The notes under the pieces are model-generated. The model made no database searches, was not told where the DNA came from, and saw only the letters and a list, made by a program, of their open reading frames with translations. Shown here piece after piece: positions 42,431 through 50,685 of a stretch of DNA of 64,000 nt (its first letter is position 1; every line of letters starts with the position of its first letter). The DNA lies in the IMG/VR virus record IMGVR_UViG_3300030708_003106, positions 1 through 64,000 of that record. The stretch is one strand, 5' to 3'. The DNA is from a virus (Duplodnaviria; Caudoviricetes). The position numbers and the translations under genes are program-made.

Positions 42431-42680
42431 CATTTTTCTTGCTGTAACTTTATGGGTTCAGGTTCCTCAATGGAATGATGACTGGAGTAACTGTGCCGTA
42501 GATGTTCCCGATACATCTTGCCATTGGTATATTGTTCAGGCAGATAATACTTTTGGTGAAGGATTTGATTGGGAGACTGCACCATGGTATAGTATTGAAG
42601 GTCTGCAAGATATTGCAGATTTGCATGATCAAGTCCTTTCTGAAGGCAATCAGTACACTGTAGAATCTCTTCAAAAATGA
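42414..42680 (+). CDS. Hypothetical protein
   Basis: Part of track ORF 42381..42680; internal ATG preferred because of the upstream gene. Confidence 0.6.
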   Translation: MLPLLNIFLAVTLWVQVPQWNDDWSNCAVDVPDTSCHWYIVQADNTFGEGFDWETAPWYSIEGLQDIADLHDQVLSEGNQYTVESLQK

Positions 42681-42835
42681 ACCTCACTCTCCAAGAAGTA
42701 GACCACCTTATCAAAGCACTAGAAACAATGTCATCTTATGATATTGCCCGTGCTAGAGAAGCAGTTGTGAATGGTGTGTCAGATCACCCTGAATTGATTC
42801 AAAAACTAAAAGATTATCGTCTTCGTCTCACTTGA
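42677..42835 (+). CDS. 52-aa hypothetical protein
   Basis: Manual translation MNLTLQEVDHLIKALE...; fills the gap with an ATGA overlap. Confidence 0.6.
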   Translation: MNLTLQEVDHLIKALETMSSYDIARAREAVVNGVSDHPELIQKLKDYRLRLT

Positions 42836-42836
42836 C

Positions 42837-43298
42837 ATGAAAGAATTTGATTATGAACTTGATTACAAATCACTTGACTTCACAGATGCAGAAACTCGCA
42901 AACTTTATCGTATTGGAAGGGGAGAACAAGGGGTTCTATTGGTACGCCCTTATACAAACGATATTTGTGCTCATTGGAGATTTGTAGATGAAGAAACGTC
43001 TATTAAATCTTCTCATAAAATATACGAAATGTTCTGTGAATATAAACAACGGAAAGATTTCATTGGAATGGACATGGCAAGAAAATTCCTTGAGATGGGA
43101 TTTACCCGTGCAAGACGGTATGCCAATCACTCTTCGGGACGCAAATATGCAAAAGACAGGAGTATATTACCCATTGAGTCCGATTGCCTCACGTCTGAGA
43201 AATCAAGATCAGCAAAAGTATTCAAGGAAGTAAGAGATAAAGCTGCATATGATTCGGAATATGTTACAATGAGAAAAGAATGGAGATCTAAGGAATAG
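42837..43298 (+). CDS. DUF4385-like conserved protein
   Basis: YRIGRGEQGVL...GMDMARKFLEMGFTRARRYANH. Confidence 0.8.
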   Translation: MKEFDYELDYKSLDFTDAETRKLYRIGRGEQGVLLVRPYTNDICAHWRFVDEETSIKSSHKIYEMFCEYKQRKDFIGMDMARKFLEMGFTRARRYANHSSGRKYAKDRSILPIESDCLTSEKSRSAKVFKEVRDKAAYDSEYVTMRKEWRSKE

Positions 43299-43300
43299 TC

Positions 43301-43516
43301 ATGACTCAACTAATTGATCCATCTGATCCACGTTATTTTACAAAGACTTCTGAGGGTCTATACGATAGGCATCATTATAAAGTTATATCTAAAGAAGGTG
43401 ATACTGTTGTAGTTGACAACTGGCAAGATGCCTTTCTCATATGGTGGAATAAAAAAGATTTTCTTTCTCATGTGGAGGTTTTAGATCCACCAAAAGGAGG
43501 AAAAGGATTTGCCTGA
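43301..43516 (+). CDS. Hypothetical protein
   Basis: ORF track; C-terminal KGF. Confidence 0.65.
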   Translation: MTQLIDPSDPRYFTKTSEGLYDRHHYKVISKEGDTVVVDNWQDAFLIWWNKKDFLSHVEVLDPPKGGKGFA

Positions 43517-43817
43517 CATTAAATATCATGATGCTTTTCCATGGAGGTTAGTGAATGGTGACACAATATGCCATTTTGAGTGCAGAGAACACTTGCAGAA
43601 ATACTTAGATAGATATAAACTGAAACCTAGAAACTGTAGCATTACACATAAAGATGGAAAACCCTTTGAATCCCGTGAAAAACACAAGAGAAACGTGGAG
43701 TCGTCAACATCAAAGAAAAATAACGGAAGTTCAAGTGCAGTTCGCAAACGAAAATCCAGCGTGGATTCCACTCGAAACACTTCTAGCAATTCAAAACGTA
43801 AGAAAAATGGAAAGTAG
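43509..43817 (+). CDS. Hypothetical protein with basic tail
   Basis: ORF track; TTG start after AGGAGG. Confidence 0.6.
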   Translation: MPDIKYHDAFPWRLVNGDTICHFECREHLQKYLDRYKLKPRNCSITHKDGKPFESREKHKRNVESSTSKKNNGSSSAVRKRKSSVDSTRNTSSNSKRKKNGK

Positions 43818-43819
43818 TC

Positions 43820-44002
43820 ATGTATGAAGAGCTAAATTGTTTTGAGGAAGCACTTAAACATTTTGGAACTAGAGTTGAAATCATCTGTGCTATGGAATAT
43901 TCCAAAAGATTGTCTTCCGAAGATGCATATCAAATGATCAAGGAAGAACTTAAGGAGGTTAAAAAATGCAGGAAAAAATTCAATCAGAAAGAGAATTGTT
44001 GA
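43820..44002 (+). CDS. Hypothetical protein
   Basis: ORF track. Confidence 0.65.
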   Translation: MYEELNCFEEALKHFGTRVEIICAMEYSKRLSSEDAYQMIKEELKEVKKCRKKFNQKENC

Positions 44003-44117
44003 CTTCTCTTGAATGGTATGATCTTTGGTTACATGAACCAGATGATCGACCTCTTGCAGAAATTTGGAGAGAAATGGATGAAATTGAATCTCTCACCCCA
44101 TTGCCACCTAAAGAACA

Positions 44118-44549
44118 ATGAAAACTAAAGCACTTTTACTTTCAACTCTATTATTCTTGCCTCTACCTGCATTTGCTGGCGGTCCAGTTTTTAGGAGAGG
44201 TAATCATAATCATGGACAAACGAATGTCTATGAAGAATGCTTTAGACATGTAGAGAAATATACTCCAGGACACTACAATAGTCGGGGTCAATATGTTCGT
44301 GGGCAAGTAAGAGTTACGAGAGAAAGTGTTCCTTGTGGATATGCTCCTAGGAGAAATTATCATGTCCCCAGTCACTATCAACGTAATGAACCTATAGACA
44401 ATAATGATTGCTCAGGTGGTACAGCTGTGGGTGCTTTGTTAGGTGGTGGACTTGCAGGATTTGGATCTAGAGGTAAAGATCGCTGGTGGGCGATTCCTGC
44501 TGGAGTTGTTGGTGGTGCCATGGTGGGATGTCAGATTGATGGTGGTTGA
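44118..44549 (+). CDS. Signal peptide plus glycine-zipper membrane protein
   Basis: Signal-like N-terminus; GTAVGALLGGGLAG...GVVGGAMVG. Confidence 0.75.
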   Translation: MKTKALLLSTLLFLPLPAFAGGPVFRRGNHNHGQTNVYEECFRHVEKYTPGHYNSRGQYVRGQVRVTRESVPCGYAPRRNYHVPSHYQRNEPIDNNDCSGGTAVGALLGGGLAGFGSRGKDRWWAIPAGVVGGAMVGCQIDGG

Positions 44550-44550
44550 G

Positions 44551-44581
44551 AACTGAAGCCTGCAAAGTGTCCCTGTAGTGT
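44551..44581 (+). repeat. 31-bp cassette element R2
   Basis: AACTGAAGCCTGCAAAGTGTCCCTGTAGTGT. Confidence 0.95.
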
Positions 44582-44598
44582 AAGCACCACTCAAACAC

Positions 44599-45033
44599 AT
44601 GGGAACCCGCTCTCGCATCGGTATTCAACTCAAAGACGGCAGTATTCTGAGTTCTTATCATCACTGGGATGGATATCCTGAGTGGTTGGGTCGCATCCTC
44701 ACCACACATTACAACTCCCGCGAACAAGCAGCGGAACTGATTGATGGTGGTGACATGTCATGTGCATGGACAAAAGATCGCTGGACTGGTAAACAACTTT
44801 CTGCTTATGTGACTGAGCAGAAAGAAGCAGAAGAGTATGGTCCTCAGTATTATTCTGGACGCGGTGAAGATTGCCCTCCTCGTCTTGATGACAACATTGA
44901 GAAATTCCTTACAGATGGTGAAGAATATGGTTACATCTTTGAAAATGGTGAATGGAAGTGCTATGATACTAAAGACTGGTCCGATACATATAAGGAGCAG
45001 ATTTCCATTCCTGAAGGAGCATTGGCAGTATGA
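44599..45033 (+). CDS. Conserved phage hypothetical protein
   Basis: MGTRSRIG...YHHWDGYP motif. Confidence 0.75.
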   Translation: MGTRSRIGIQLKDGSILSSYHHWDGYPEWLGRILTTHYNSREQAAELIDGGDMSCAWTKDRWTGKQLSAYVTEQKEAEEYGPQYYSGRGEDCPPRLDDNIEKFLTDGEEYGYIFENGEWKCYDTKDWSDTYKEQISIPEGALAV

Positions 45034-45221
45034 TTGATAGAGGTTTTCTGACAGAAATGTCTCATGATGATAAAGAACGTCTGTCAGAAGACTGTGAGGA
45101 TTATCTTTTACATAGGAACATCCCTCTTTATTCTGATTCGTATGATAATATCATCATACATGCAATTAAAGAGGGATATCAATTACAACGTTTTGATCGC
45201 TTCGTAAAAAAACCACAATGA
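45030..45221 (+). CDS. Hypothetical protein
   Basis: ORF track; ATGA overlap. Confidence 0.6.
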   Translation: MIDRGFLTEMSHDDKERLSEDCEDYLLHRNIPLYSDSYDNIIIHAIKEGYQLQRFDRFVKKPQ

Positions 45222-45337
45222 CTGAAAAAGAACTCAAGCAAATGGAAATCGTTGCAGAAGAATTTTGGGCAGAGGTTGAATCCGAAGCGGAACGACTTGA
45301 AGTCACGGTTGATTACTATCTTGCTGAATTTTACTGA
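45218..45337 (+). CDS. 39-aa acidic peptide
   Basis: Manual translation MTEKELKQMEIVAEEFWAEVESEAERLEVTVDYYLAEFY. Confidence 0.6.
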   Translation: MTEKELKQMEIVAEEFWAEVESEAERLEVTVDYYLAEFY

Positions 45338-45537
45338 TGGAAGAAGAAATCAAACCGAAAAGAATCAAAGATGAGAAATTTCTGCTACTAGCAGCAATCA
45401 ATCAAGTAGAAAACATTATCAACCTGACAGAGGAAAATGAATACAAACAATTCATTTATATGCACCTCAATTCAGTTTATTATGAACTAAAGCGCCAGTT
45501 GACTAATCTCACAGACCAAAGTAAAATTAAGGAGTAA
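45337..45537 (+). CDS. Hypothetical protein
   Basis: ORF track. Confidence 0.6.
   Translation: MEEEIKPKRIKDEKFLLLAAINQVENIINLTEENEYKQFIYMHLNSVYYELKRQLTNLTDQSKIKE
45499..45527 (+). promoter_or_regulatory. sigma70-type promoter
   Basis: TTGACT-17-TAAAAT. Confidence 0.65.
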
Positions 45538-45548
45538 ACTAACCGAGG

Positions 45549-45791
45549 ATGATGACTCAAAAGTATTTCTACATTGTTGACCACTTTGTTCCTTTTCCTT
45601 CTAGTGAATATGGTGGTGTTTGGAATGTGATTGCTGAAAGTGACGAAGATTGTTTTAATCTTATCACCGATAGTGATGATGGATTTAATCAACAGTATTA
45701 TGGAAACCTTCGTGAAAACATTCTAAAGTCTCGCACTTATGCCTTGGCAGAAGATGTAGAATCTACTATTGTTGAGGAATTTACTACATGA
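45549..45791 (+). CDS. Hypothetical protein
   Basis: ORF track; PFPSSEYGG motif. Confidence 0.7.
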   Translation: MMTQKYFYIVDHFVPFPSSEYGGVWNVIAESDEDCFNLITDSDDGFNQQYYGNLRENILKSRTYALAEDVESTIVEEFTT

Positions 45792-46021
45792 AACCTGACA
45801 TGGTTCTAAGTTGGAAACAACATCTTCGGGATGGTAATGTATGGAGGGTGAATGTAGAACTCCCTATGCAAGATGTTCCTGGAGGTGATGTAACATTCTA
45901 CAATGTAGATGTATATGTAGTGTCACCAACTCAAGAACTGGCGCAATATATTGTGTCTACAATGTATTCTGAATATCAATCTATTTCTGTTGATGATGAA
46001 CCAGTTAGAATTGCCCCCTGA
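45788..46021 (+). CDS. Hypothetical protein
   Basis: ORF track. Confidence 0.65.
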   Translation: MKPDMVLSWKQHLRDGNVWRVNVELPMQDVPGGDVTFYNVDVYVVSPTQELAQYIVSTMYSEYQSISVDDEPVRIAP

Positions 46022-46301
46022 TTTTCCTCATGAACCACCTGAAAACTACACTTACGAAGTTAAAGAATTCCGACGCAACATTTTATCTATTTGGTGTTGC
46101 AATCATGCTGAATTCTCTTACAACGGCGGTGCTGTTTCAAAAACTATCTGGGGGTTCTACAATGTCAAACAGCGTACCTACATTGCTCCCATCAATTCAA
46201 AAAAACCTGGAAAAGTAGTAGATATTTCTAATACTCGTCCCTATACTGCGATGCAACTCAACTTGAATCCTTTAATGCAATGTCTTATGTCCCCCGATTA
46301 G
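45993..46301 (+). CDS. Hypothetical protein
   Basis: Track ORF 45951..46301; internal ATG preferred. Confidence 0.65.
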   Translation: MMNQLELPPDFPHEPPENYTYEVKEFRRNILSIWCCNHAEFSYNGGAVSKTIWGFYNVKQRTYIAPINSKKPGKVVDISNTRPYTAMQLNLNPLMQCLMSPD

Positions 46302-46567
46302 ATGATTATGTTGTATGGAATGACTCTCTAGGAAGAGTTATTAAAGGATGGGTGTATTTTGTTTCTGACAGTTACATTACGATTGAGGTTGGTGTAAAAT
46401 GTAAAGATGAAGAAAACATCAAAGATTGTCCTATTCATAAGAAAACTCACTGCCTAGTCTTATGTTTTCCTGAGAATTGGCATGAGTTGGAATATGTAAA
46501 AAATCGAAGAGATATTGACATTGATCAATATAAATCTCAAGAAGGTAGATATATTGATCCTCAGTAA
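46280..46567 (+). CDS. Hypothetical protein
   Basis: ORF track. Confidence 0.65.
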   Translation: MSYVPRLDDYVVWNDSLGRVIKGWVYFVSDSYITIEVGVKCKDEENIKDCPIHKKTHCLVLCFPENWHELEYVKNRRDIDIDQYKSQEGRYIDPQ

Positions 46568-46571
46568 ATTA

Positions 46572-46602
46572 AACTGAAGCCCCTAAACTGTTTTATTATT
46601 GT
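46572..46602 (+). repeat. 31-bp cassette element R3
   Basis: AACTGAAGCCCCTAAACTGTTTTATTATTGT. Confidence 0.9.
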
Positions 46603-46615
46603 AAGCACACCACTT

Positions 46616-46750
46616 ATGGACTGGTACGACGACATTCAAGTTGAAGAACTTCAAAACTTTGATCACATTGAAGAAGATCTCGAAGATTTGATTGAAGACA
46701 ATCAAAATTTCAACATGAAAGAATACCTCAACTCCAACATTGATTACTGA
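46616..46750 (+). CDS. 44-aa very acidic peptide
   Basis: Manual translation MDWYDDIQVEELQNFDHIEEDLEDLIEDNQNFNMKEYLNSNIDY (15 D/E). Confidence 0.65.
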   Translation: MDWYDDIQVEELQNFDHIEEDLEDLIEDNQNFNMKEYLNSNIDY

Positions 46751-46751
46751 A

Positions 46752-46973
46752 ATGAACTTCCCTACTCAAACTGTCAACGTTTTGCCTCACATGAATGAAC
46801 TCCGAGAGACTTGGAGGCGTCAAGATTTTCGATTTACTAAAGAGCAACAAGAAGAATATGATATGCTAAAGCAAGCACGAGCAGAACGAGTTAGGTGGTT
46901 TTATGAAACTGGACGAGTTCAAGTTGGTCCCAAAGTGACAAAAGAAAAGGAAATTGAATCTGAAGACAGTTGA
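46752..46973 (+). CDS. Hypothetical protein
   Basis: Track ORF 46740..46973; internal ATG preferred. Confidence 0.65.
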   Translation: MNFPTQTVNVLPHMNELRETWRRQDFRFTKEQQEEYDMLKQARAERVRWFYETGRVQVGPKVTKEKEIESEDS

Positions 46974-47028
46974 GATACTGTCCATAACCACTTGACTTAA
47001 CGTTCATTATCTCCTATTATACTAAATA
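46965..47028 (+). promoter_or_regulatory. Stacked regulatory site: palindrome, sigma70 promoter and late-like promoter
   Basis: GACAGT-6-ACTGTC (46965-82); TTGACT-17-TATTAT (46992-47020); ACTAAATA (47021-28). Confidence 0.65.
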
Positions 47029-47052
47029 ATAGGAGATTTTTTCCTGTCTAAA

Positions 47053-47559
47053 ATGAAAACCTTTGCTGAATTTGTTGCAGAAGCATATGATAAGGATGTC
47101 ATGGGATCTTCCCAAATCCGTAAGCAAGGAGAGGGTGGAAGAGTTGGTGCTAATAGAAAGAAAACAGAACCAGAAAAGCGTAGAATGAAAGCAGCGGGTG
47201 GTGGAAAAATGGTCCCCGCAAAAGATTACAAACCCCGCAAAGATATTGGTTCTCAAAGGCAAAGATCTACAAGAGAGCAACAACCAACACAGGAAAGAGG
47301 ATCTGCTGCATTATCAGCAAAAGAAGCACAACGCAAGGCATATAGAGAAAGAAAGGCAAGAGAATCGGGTGCAAAGACTAAATCTGCATCAGAACTTCTG
47401 TCTAAGAAATCTGCTAAGAAAGTAAATCCTAACTATAAACCACAAAAAGCATCTGGATATACTAGAACCGAGAGACAGAAACTTCAGAGAACTGGCGATA
47501 GAATTATTCGCGACATTCGTAAGGGTAAAGACAAACCAGCATCTGCATACGAAAACTAA
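47053..47559 (+). CDS. Basic protein with a T4 capsid-targeting-like N-terminus (putative internal protein)
   Basis: MKTFAEFVAE compared with the T4 internal-protein CTS MKTYQEFIAE; K/R rich. Confidence 0.65.
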   Translation: MKTFAEFVAEAYDKDVMGSSQIRKQGEGGRVGANRKKTEPEKRRMKAAGGGKMVPAKDYKPRKDIGSQRQRSTREQQPTQERGSAALSAKEAQRKAYRERKARESGAKTKSASELLSKKSAKKVNPNYKPQKASGYTRTERQKLQRTGDRIIRDIRKGKDKPASAYEN

Positions 47560-47589
47560 ACTGAAGCCCCTAAAGCGTCTCAGTAGTGT
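47559..47589 (+). repeat. 31-bp cassette element R4, with hairpin extending to about 47599
   Basis: AACTGAAGCCCCTAAAGCGTCTCAGTAGTGT; GTCTCAG pairs with CTGAGAC. Confidence 0.95.
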
Positions 47590-47613
47590 CTGAGACCGCC
47601 TGCAAGACCTCTG

Positions 47614-47655
47614 AAACAACCTCTAGGTATATTTGTACTGCTGAGGTTGTTTTTT
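47614..47655 (+). terminator. Intrinsic terminator-like hairpin
   Basis: AAACAACCTC/GAGGTTGTTT stem followed by a T run. Confidence 0.65.
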
Positions 47656-47656
47656 A

Positions 47657-47685
47657 TTGACAGGCAATTCTGACTCTGCTAAACT
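47657..47685 (+). promoter_or_regulatory. sigma70-type promoter of the R-M pair
   Basis: TTGACA-17-TAAACT, then AAGGAG RBS. Confidence 0.75.
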
Positions 47686-47706
47686 ACTATTTTAAGGAGA
47701 CCACCG

Positions 47707-48240
47707 ATGGGAGTTTCACAACTTTCCGAAATCGTTGCTCTCGGTTTTGAAGAACTCATTGCTGAGGGTGACACAAGGGAAATTGGCAAGTTTCTTGCAT
47801 TTCCAACCGAACGTATCATCGCCCCGCAATGGTTGCGCGAAGAATGTGGAATCGAAAATGATAAATCTCCCGATGATCTTGATGGTCAGCAGGAAAAGTA
47901 CGATAGACTTTCTTCAAAAGGTCTGCGTATTCAAGTTAAGTATCGTGGAGGAAATACTCTCCACATGGAACAAACTCGCCGCACTACTGGCAAAAATGCA
48001 AACAATGGTGCTAAGAATGGGCAGGTTCGCTATGCAGTGAACTCGTTTGATGTTATACTGTTTATTATCCCCAAAGGTCACGAAGATATTTCAAAGTGGG
48101 AATATCTTGCTATTCCTAGTTGTGAACTTGAAGATAAAAATATGCCTGGATATTGTGTAGGTTCTGTTCCTGCTGCTGTCCGTAAAAAGTACACTGGTCG
48201 CGCAAAGGAGGTTCTGGTTGCTCTCAACAATGCTGAATGA
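47707..48240 (+). CDS. Putative PD-(D/E)xK restriction endonuclease
   Basis: YD...RIQVK...Y...FDVILF pattern; overlaps the methyltransferase gene. Confidence 0.55.
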   Translation: MGVSQLSEIVALGFEELIAEGDTREIGKFLAFPTERIIAPQWLREECGIENDKSPDDLDGQQEKYDRLSSKGLRIQVKYRGGNTLHMEQTRRTTGKNANNGAKNGQVRYAVNSFDVILFIIPKGHEDISKWEYLAIPSCELEDKNMPGYCVGSVPAAVRKKYTGRAKEVLVALNNAE

Positions 48241-49177
48241 ATATACAATCGGTGACAGTAGAGAACTACTGAAAGAAGTTGATGCAAACTCGGTGGATCT
48301 AATTTATATTGATCCACCATATTGCACTGGCAGAGACTTCTATCACTTTGATGATCGATTCAAATCGAGTGCAGATTATCGTGAATTGTTGATGCGTCCT
48401 TTATTGGAAGAATGTCATCGTGTTCTGACTGATTGTGGCAACATTGTTGTGCATGTAGAACCTAAGATCTCTCATCATATTCGCATTGTCCTTGATGACG
48501 TATTTGGTGAGAATAGATTTAAGAATGAGATTGCTTGGGTTTCTGGCGGCAACCACAAATCAAAAAAGCAACTGCAACGCAATCATGATACGATCATTGT
48601 TTATCAGAAAGGAAAAGAATCCATCTATAATGCAGAGCACAAAGAATATGATGAGGATACTGTAAGGAAGGCAAAGATCTGTCCAATTCGCAAAAAGAAA
48701 TACAATACATCTGCACTTGTTAATCGTCAACCAAATGTTGTATCTCGCCCTAATTTGAGATATGAATGGAATGGTAATCATCTCCAGTGGCATGTATCAA
48801 AGGAGAGGATGCAGATGCTTCATGATGATAATCGATTAGAATATTCTCCTAACACAGGTATTCCTAGAGTCAAGAAGTATTTGGATGAAATGGATGGAAT
48901 CCCTGTCAAAGATGTATGGTCTGATGTAAAACAGATTCAGGGAAATGAGAAGTTAGATTATGCAACTCAAAAACCTGTTGCACTCTTAAATCGCATACTT
49001 CGCATGTTCAGTAACAAAAACTCTATTGTTCTTGATCCTTGTGCTGGATCTGGTACAGTAGGCAGAAGCGCCAGACAGACAGATAGAAATTACATTTTAT
49101 TTGATCTTAACACTGAAGGCAAAAAACTATTTGAAGAATCAATTAAAAATCCATTGCTCGACGCAATGGTCAGTTAA
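48218..49177 (+). CDS. DNA N6-adenine/N4-cytosine methyltransferase, beta class
   Basis: IDPPY precedes TQKP and VLDPCAGSGT; AAGGAGG lies 6 nt before the TTG start. Confidence 0.9.
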   Translation: MLSTMLNEYTIGDSRELLKEVDANSVDLIYIDPPYCTGRDFYHFDDRFKSSADYRELLMRPLLEECHRVLTDCGNIVVHVEPKISHHIRIVLDDVFGENRFKNEIAWVSGGNHKSKKQLQRNHDTIIVYQKGKESIYNAEHKEYDEDTVRKAKICPIRKKKYNTSALVNRQPNVVSRPNLRYEWNGNHLQWHVSKERMQMLHDDNRLEYSPNTGIPRVKKYLDEMDGIPVKDVWSDVKQIQGNEKLDYATQKPVALLNRILRMFSNKNSIVLDPCAGSGTVGRSARQTDRNYILFDLNTEGKKLFEESIKNPLLDAMVS

Positions 49178-49180
49178 ATT

Positions 49181-49211
49181 AACTGAAGCCCCTAAAATGT
49201 CCTAGTAATAC
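49181..49211 (+). repeat. 31-bp cassette element R5
   Basis: AACTGAAGCCCCTAAAATGTCCTAGTAATAC. Confidence 0.95.
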
Positions 49212-49224
49212 TGATACGCCCTAG

Positions 49225-50415
49225 ATGATTACACTTCGCCCACATCAGGAACGCATCACAAATCGTATGCGTGACTACAACAAAGGTCAGATTATTGTTC
49301 CTACTGGTGGTGGTAAAACTCTCACCATGATTGTTGATACTCGGGATCGTCATGATTCTATCAACAATGGAACCACTACCGTTGTTGTTGCTCCGCGTAT
49401 TCTGCTGGCAGAACAACTGTGCAGCGAATTTATGGAGGTTATTGATACTGCTCACACACATGTAATGCATGTTCATAGTGGAGAAACTTCATATTTCTCT
49501 ACAACAAAGGCAGAAAAGATCAATCTATTTGTAAATACCGCTAGAACTGCTGGTGAGAATGTAATTATCTTCACCACTTATCATTCTTTGCATCGTTTGC
49601 AGGAGGCAGATATTGAAGTCAATACGATCTACTTTGATGAAGCGCATAATTCTGTGCAGAGAAACTTTTTCCCTGCTACGGAATACTTTGCTGCTGATTC
49701 TGATCGTTGCTATTTCTTCACTGCTACTCCTAAACATTCTCTTACTGTTTCTAAACCTGGGATGAATGATTTTGCTGTTTATGGTCAGGTTCTGGCAAAT
49801 GTTCCTGCTCCTGAACTAGTTGAAGGTGGTTACATTCTTCCTCCCAAAGTTGTAGTCAAGTCGCTTCCTTTGATCAAAGGTCGCAAAGTCATGTATGCTG
49901 AAGATGCTGATAATTTGATCGAAACTATTGATGAGAACAACATCGACAAGACTTTGATTTGTGCTCGCACTACGAAGCAGATTGTGGGTCTTCTTTCTCA
50001 GTCTGATTTCTGTGCTGAACTTGCTCAGCGTGGATATTCTTGGATGACGATCACATCGAAGACTGGTGCAATCATTGATGGTAAGAAAGTCAATCGTGAG
50101 CAATTCTTTGAGACTCTGAACACTTGGGGCAAAGATCCTGAGAAGAAGTTTGTTGTCATTCACCACAGCATTTTGTCTGAAGGCATCAACGTGAGTGGAC
50201 TTGAAGCAGTTATTTTCATGCGTAACATGGATTATATCGGCATCAGTCAATCTATCGGTCGTGTGATTCGTTTGGGTGGCAAGTCTAAGACCTTTGGTCT
50301 AGTTTGCATCCCAACTTATGATTCTGTTGGTATTTCTACTGCTCGCAAAGTTCAGGCAGTTGTTGATGTTGTATTCAACAAAGGTGAACCCGCTATTTCT
50401 GAGATTCGTCGATGA
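49225..50415 (+). CDS. SF2 DEAH helicase/translocase (type III Res-like)
   Basis: LRPHQ, PTGGGKT, DEAH, TATP, LSEGIN, QSIGRVIR. Confidence 0.9.
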   Translation: MITLRPHQERITNRMRDYNKGQIIVPTGGGKTLTMIVDTRDRHDSINNGTTTVVVAPRILLAEQLCSEFMEVIDTAHTHVMHVHSGETSYFSTTKAEKINLFVNTARTAGENVIIFTTYHSLHRLQEADIEVNTIYFDEAHNSVQRNFFPATEYFAADSDRCYFFTATPKHSLTVSKPGMNDFAVYGQVLANVPAPELVEGGYILPPKVVVKSLPLIKGRKVMYAEDADNLIETIDENNIDKTLICARTTKQIVGLLSQSDFCAELAQRGYSWMTITSKTGAIIDGKKVNREQFFETLNTWGKDPEKKFVVIHHSILSEGINVSGLEAVIFMRNMDYIGISQSIGRVIRLGGKSKTFGLVCIPTYDSVGISTARKVQAVVDVVFNKGEPAISEIRR

Positions 50416-50651
50416 AACTAACACAAACTAAGAGCAGCATACTAGAACCCAAACCAGTAGAAGAGGGATTCCTGGTGGGAAAATATGAAGACCCATTGTG
50501 TTATGCTGCTGTGCCAATTATGGGAAGTAATACACAACTAGCAATTATACATCGAGGGAGAGTTATTAAAGAGTGTCGCAATCGTCAATCAGCAATTAAC
50601 TTTATTGAGAAGCATCGTAAGGGTAAATCTGTAGCAAAACTTCCCATTTAA
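50412..50651 (+). CDS. Hypothetical protein
   Basis: ORF track; ATGA overlap. Confidence 0.65.
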   Translation: MKLTQTKSSILEPKPVEEGFLVGKYEDPLCYAAVPIMGSNTQLAIIHRGRVIKECRNRQSAINFIEKHRKGKSVAKLPI

Positions 50652-50654
50652 CTA

Positions 50655-50685
50655 AACTGAAGCCCCTAAACTGTCCTAGTAGTAT
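50655..50685 (+). repeat. 31-bp cassette element R6 (supplies the ATG at 50684)
   Basis: AACTGAAGCCCCTAAACTGTCCTAGTAGTAT. Confidence 0.95.

Noticed and set aside
44553-44558. CTGAAG core equals the Eco57I/AcuI recognition site
   Set aside because: The hexamer also occurs in ordinary coding sequence, conservation extends over 31 bp, and no type IIG enzyme is present. Treated as coincidence.
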